From positions 11,250,468-11,314,467 of the forward strand of contig CAVNZM010000004.1 in the NCBI GenBank assembly GCA_963693365.1: 64,000 nt of DNA, written 5' to 3'. The notes beneath the pieces were generated by a model. That model worked only from the letters and a program-made list of their open reading frames with translations. It was not told the origin of the DNA and made no database searches. Both the position numbers and the translations under genes were made by a program. The stretch is from Amoebidium appalachense. Lineage: Eukaryota > Protista > Ichthyosporea. This document shows, piece after piece, positions 40,304 to 64,000 of the stretch; the first letter of the stretch is position 1, and every line of letters starts with the position of its first letter.

Positions 40304-40453
40304 ACTATGATCTGTTTATTATCTGTGTACATTATGATAGTTTGGCTTGAGAAACATATAACCATAAAACACACACGCACACACGCACGCACGCACGCGC
40401 GCGCGCACACACGCGCGCACACACACCAGCGGCTACCGAGTGTCCAAGGGGAG

Positions 40454-40492
<39 letters not shown>

Positions 40493-40495
40493 ACC

Positions 40496-40533
<38 letters not shown>

Positions 40534-41179
40534 AGAAGAAGAAGAAGAAAAAGAAGAAGAAGAAGAAGCAGAGCTTCAAACAGTAAAATAATAAAACAAA
40601 AAAAAACTCGGAACGGGTGGAATCCAACCGATTGATCTTCTTTCTGGTTTGTACCGTGTTCTTCATAGTGTTAGACCCTGATGGCATGTAATCATCACGT
40701 CTGACCTCCATGTACATGATCATGATAACACTACTATGTACTGAGGGAATATGCCGAGGAAAAAACCCTTAAGTGTTGAGACTGGTCTCTCTCTGCCTCG
40801 AGTAAACAGCGTAAACCCTCATGGCCTATCATGATCACACGTGTGAGGCAAAATGGGCAGTGCTTCTACAGTGTTGCACCCATCATGCTGCATCAACTGT
40901 TTGGCAATATATGATAAAAGTATTCACAGAGGACACCACCTGACAACGTTAACCTCCTTCTATGAAAGCCACGAATTAGCCATTGTTGGCAAAATCAAGC
41001 AAACAACATCGACCATGATACCCACGGCACATGCAAAACATGCTCGTTAAAGTAAGTGAGCGGCAAGTCTTCATTTCTTGGCTGCGGGGTCTTCGGCGAT
41101 CCTCTGTTCCACCATCCCTGTCTTGCCGACCTCGTCACCAGAAGGACCGGCAGCTGCACTGGAACTGGAGCCGCTTTCT

Positions 41180-41419
41180 TCACTTTCTGCGACTTTCATT
41201 TTGTTCCCATCGCTTTGGTTCAGAGGCTTCGTGCACCTCAGCTCTGTACTTGTTCATGTTGTAGGGCGAATTAGGTCTGTTGTGCCTCCAGTTGCGCTTG
41301 CGCCGAGCCCCCTGCCCCCCCATGGTGCGCACGTGAAGGGCGGTTGATGGAAGGGCACAGACTGTCGTGGCGCAGACTGGGCCTCGAGTCACAGTAAAAA
41401 TGGCAGAAGAACGATACAT
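41180..41419 (-). CDS. Possible small basic protein with mitochondrial-presequence-like N-terminus (79 aa; may be spliced or extended)
   Basis: High-complexity ORF in a repeat-free island. The N-terminus MYRSSAIFTVTRG..LHVRTM lacks acidic residues and is followed by the basic stretch GARRKRNWRHNRP. No family recognised. Confidence 0.35.
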   Translation of the reverse strand: MYRSSAIFTVTRGPVCATTVCALPSTALHVRTMGGQGARRKRNWRHNRPNSPYNMNKYRAEVHEASEPKRWEQNESRRK

Positions 41420-41819
41420 TTTGACGGCGAAATAGGTAGTGAATTACTTGGCACAAGCTCAGCCACGCTAAAGCTGTGCTAGCGTTGGTGAAGGAACATA
41501 GAGAACAAGCTCAGACACTGGCACGTTTTATAATGTGTACGCCATGGGGGGGGGGGGGGGGGGGAGTTCGTGTTCGTGTTGTCCTCGTGTGAAGCAACTG
41601 TCAGAGTGAAGAGGCTGTGTGATTTTGCACTACGAAGTACTCTGGCCGAGCTTCCATTGATGCCCGGTTTGAGAAGCCTCATATATATAGCTCACAGAGG
41701 CTATGGTAGCTACGTAGCAGAGTGATGCAGGTAATGATGGAGCAACATAAAAAATGTAACCTGCTAATTCCGAATATACTACTCGTGACTTTAGGGTAGT
41801 TGTGAGGGCGGGATATATA

Positions 41820-42656
<837 letters not shown>

Positions 42657-43689
42657 TGTGCGTGATAACAAATTTGCGCTATAAGCTGCTGTCGCTACGG
42701 TGGTGTTTTGGGGGGAATGTTGAAAGGGGGTGACAGGGGGAAAGGGGGGGGGGATCGGGGGGGAAGGGGAGGTATATTCTGAAAGTGAATATATGATGAT
42801 GGCGTCTCGGTCCGCGGAGGGGGCATGCGCATGCCGGCCCCTGCGCACGGTGCCTGCTTTGCACAGTTGCACTGCACTCGGAGTCCCGGACAGGGCGAAA
42901 CTAGGCATCGGCAACAGCCGTCTACAAAATTCAAACTTTCCGCTTGCATCTGATTGGGGCACGCCTATTGATAACCTTATATGGCTTGTAGCTTTTTCTC
43001 TCCATACTCATGGAGAAGGGAATTCCAACAACCATTCAAAACATATGGCATGAAAGTTCGCCTTGTATGCGCTAAATAATGGTTATGGGGCTTCATTATT
43101 TATAAATAAATATTAAATTAAATTATAAAATAAATGGCTCAAGCCTTTCATTTCAACTCCAATATGCGCATATATGCAGACGGGGATTTATGGAAATTTA
43201 GAACTTTAAGTGTAGGGAGAACCATGTTGACTGTTCGGGGTTAAAAAACTTTCACTGGCAACTTACTGAGCACAACTGAGCCTCGCCTTTGCGCTTTACA
43301 AATAAACAATAACATACGATGCAAGGCTTAGCACATGTGCATGGCGAGGCGGGGTAAACGTTGAGAGGCTGCCATGCAACTGGATCATGGGTGCACATAA
43401 GCAGGCAACTCCTCAGTGTGTATACAGACGAAGCAATATCCCTATATATTCGTGATTCAAAACTTTAGGCACATGGAATCTACCAATGTCAAAGAGGTTT
43501 ATCATTTTAGTGCATACGGGTTGACAAGGTGGCATGGGCGACATAGGCCCACTATGGGTGGAGATGTCTGAAAAAGGTGAGCCGTAGTGTAGCTGTGCGC
43601 AACGGATGGGCGGGGTTGATGGAATCTCCCCTCCCCCCTCCCCTTCCTCCCTCCCCCTCCCCCCCCCCCCCCCCCCCCACACACACACA

Positions 43690-43720
<31 letters not shown>

Positions 43721-44344
43721 ACCCCCCAAGCCTTGCCCCTGCGTCCCCACCTCTCTCCCTCTCGTCACGCCCTTCCTCTTCTTCCTCCTCCTCTTTCAAT
43801 TTCTTCCCCTTTCGTGCTCTACCAACAAACTCTATCTTACTAGTTTGTGCGTAGACTTTGTTTGCCCACCCCCACCCCTTCCCCCCCCCCCCCCCCCCCC
43901 CCCCCTCCCCCTCCCCTCCCTCCCTCCCCCCCCCCCCCCCCCCCCCCGTCCCCTGCCCGCCCGCCCGTGCACAATCAGATCTCTAGTCGTTCACTCTGAG
44001 ACCCTCTTTAATTTTTCAAGGTTTGCCATATCCATCTTTTGTAGGCAGCCAGATCTCGCTGTCTACCTTGCCTTTTTATCTAACTTTGTGTTCATACAGA
44101 GGCAGATTATGGCAGGACGCCAACCGTCCACAGCTTCTGTTATGTGAGTACATGCTCTGCACACGTTTGTATGCAGCATGCTTAGGCGGTAGCTGTAGGC
44201 TAGGGACCACGAATAATGCGCTCTTCTGTATTAATGTACTGTCACCAGCCGCGTGCAACATATTGACACCCACGTGCACCTGTGGCCCTTAGCCGCCCGC
44301 ATTTTACAGGAATTCCCTCCCCCCACCCCCCCCCCCCCCCCCCC

Positions 44345-44378
<34 letters not shown>

Positions 44379-44871
44379 GCCACATACGACACAACTAAGT
44401 CATCTCAGCAATGGCAGCACGTTTTATGCAGTCGGCTATGAGTAAACATTCTAAGTAGAGGAGGCTTTGATTACGTAATAGGAGATCAAACTACATGTGG
44501 CACTGTCCTGGCTGAGAAAGATGGGCAAATTTAGGCATGGCACTGGCTGCTGGGGTATGGTTTCTGTGGACGGGGCTTTATTTGGATATTTGCGTGTTTG
44601 ACTGGGTCTTTTTGCGTCTGTATTCATGAACATCCATTGGCATAACAGGGAAGGGGCTGGCCTGGGCCCCAGGGGGGGGGGGAGGGGGGTGAGGAGGGGG
44701 TGGATATCTTTATTGGATAAGAGAAGGTTCTCTCTCTCTCTCCAAGAGTATTATATGGAGTGAATGGGGGCTATGAGACCAAAAAGCTGTGGACTGCAGG
44801 TGGACCAAATCTAAGAGTGAATGGGGCTTGGGGGGTTGGGCTGAAAATTTAACAGCGAGATGCATGGGCAG

Positions 44872-63940
<19,069 letters not shown>

Positions 63941-64000
63941 GTATATCCGGTTCCCGGCATATCTCAACTATCTCATTTGGTCTGGTTACACGAGAAAAAT

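Noticed and set aside
41400-41435. ATG..GT segment as the ACC first exon
   Set aside because: An in-frame TAG precedes the donor (MAEERYILTAK*).

Overview
Intron-rich eukaryotic genomic DNA. Animal-like gene content plus extreme intron density suggests a unicellular holozoan such as an ichthyosporean; this is inference only. Introns are saturated with poly-C/poly-G, (CA)n and (GA)n tracts, so nearly all ORFs in the supplied track are artefacts. Reconstructing exons by hand (GT-AG, phase-consistent) gave four genes: (1) a ~28-exon BRPF/peregrin-like MYST-HAT scaffold on the minus strand (EPC-N, PZP, bromodomain; no PWWP found); (2) a ~14-exon RAP1/TERF2IP shelterin orthologue on the minus strand with BRCT, Myb and RCT domains plus an unexpected PHD finger; (3) an intronless DUF1647-like type II membrane protein head-to-head with RAP1; (4) the 5' part (30 exons) of a divergent acetyl-CoA carboxylase on the plus strand that runs off the window. 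Non-coding highlights are a poly(A) retroposon family (one copy with a perfect 14-bp TSD, a longer copy with a tRNA-like head), an apparent unusual splicing code (sense-strand poly-C just after 5' splice sites, and (CA)n or A-rich 3' splice sites lacking a polypyrimidine tract), a ~28-bp intronic motif always in the sense orientation, and several palindromes. Family assignments come from remembered motifs, not database searches.
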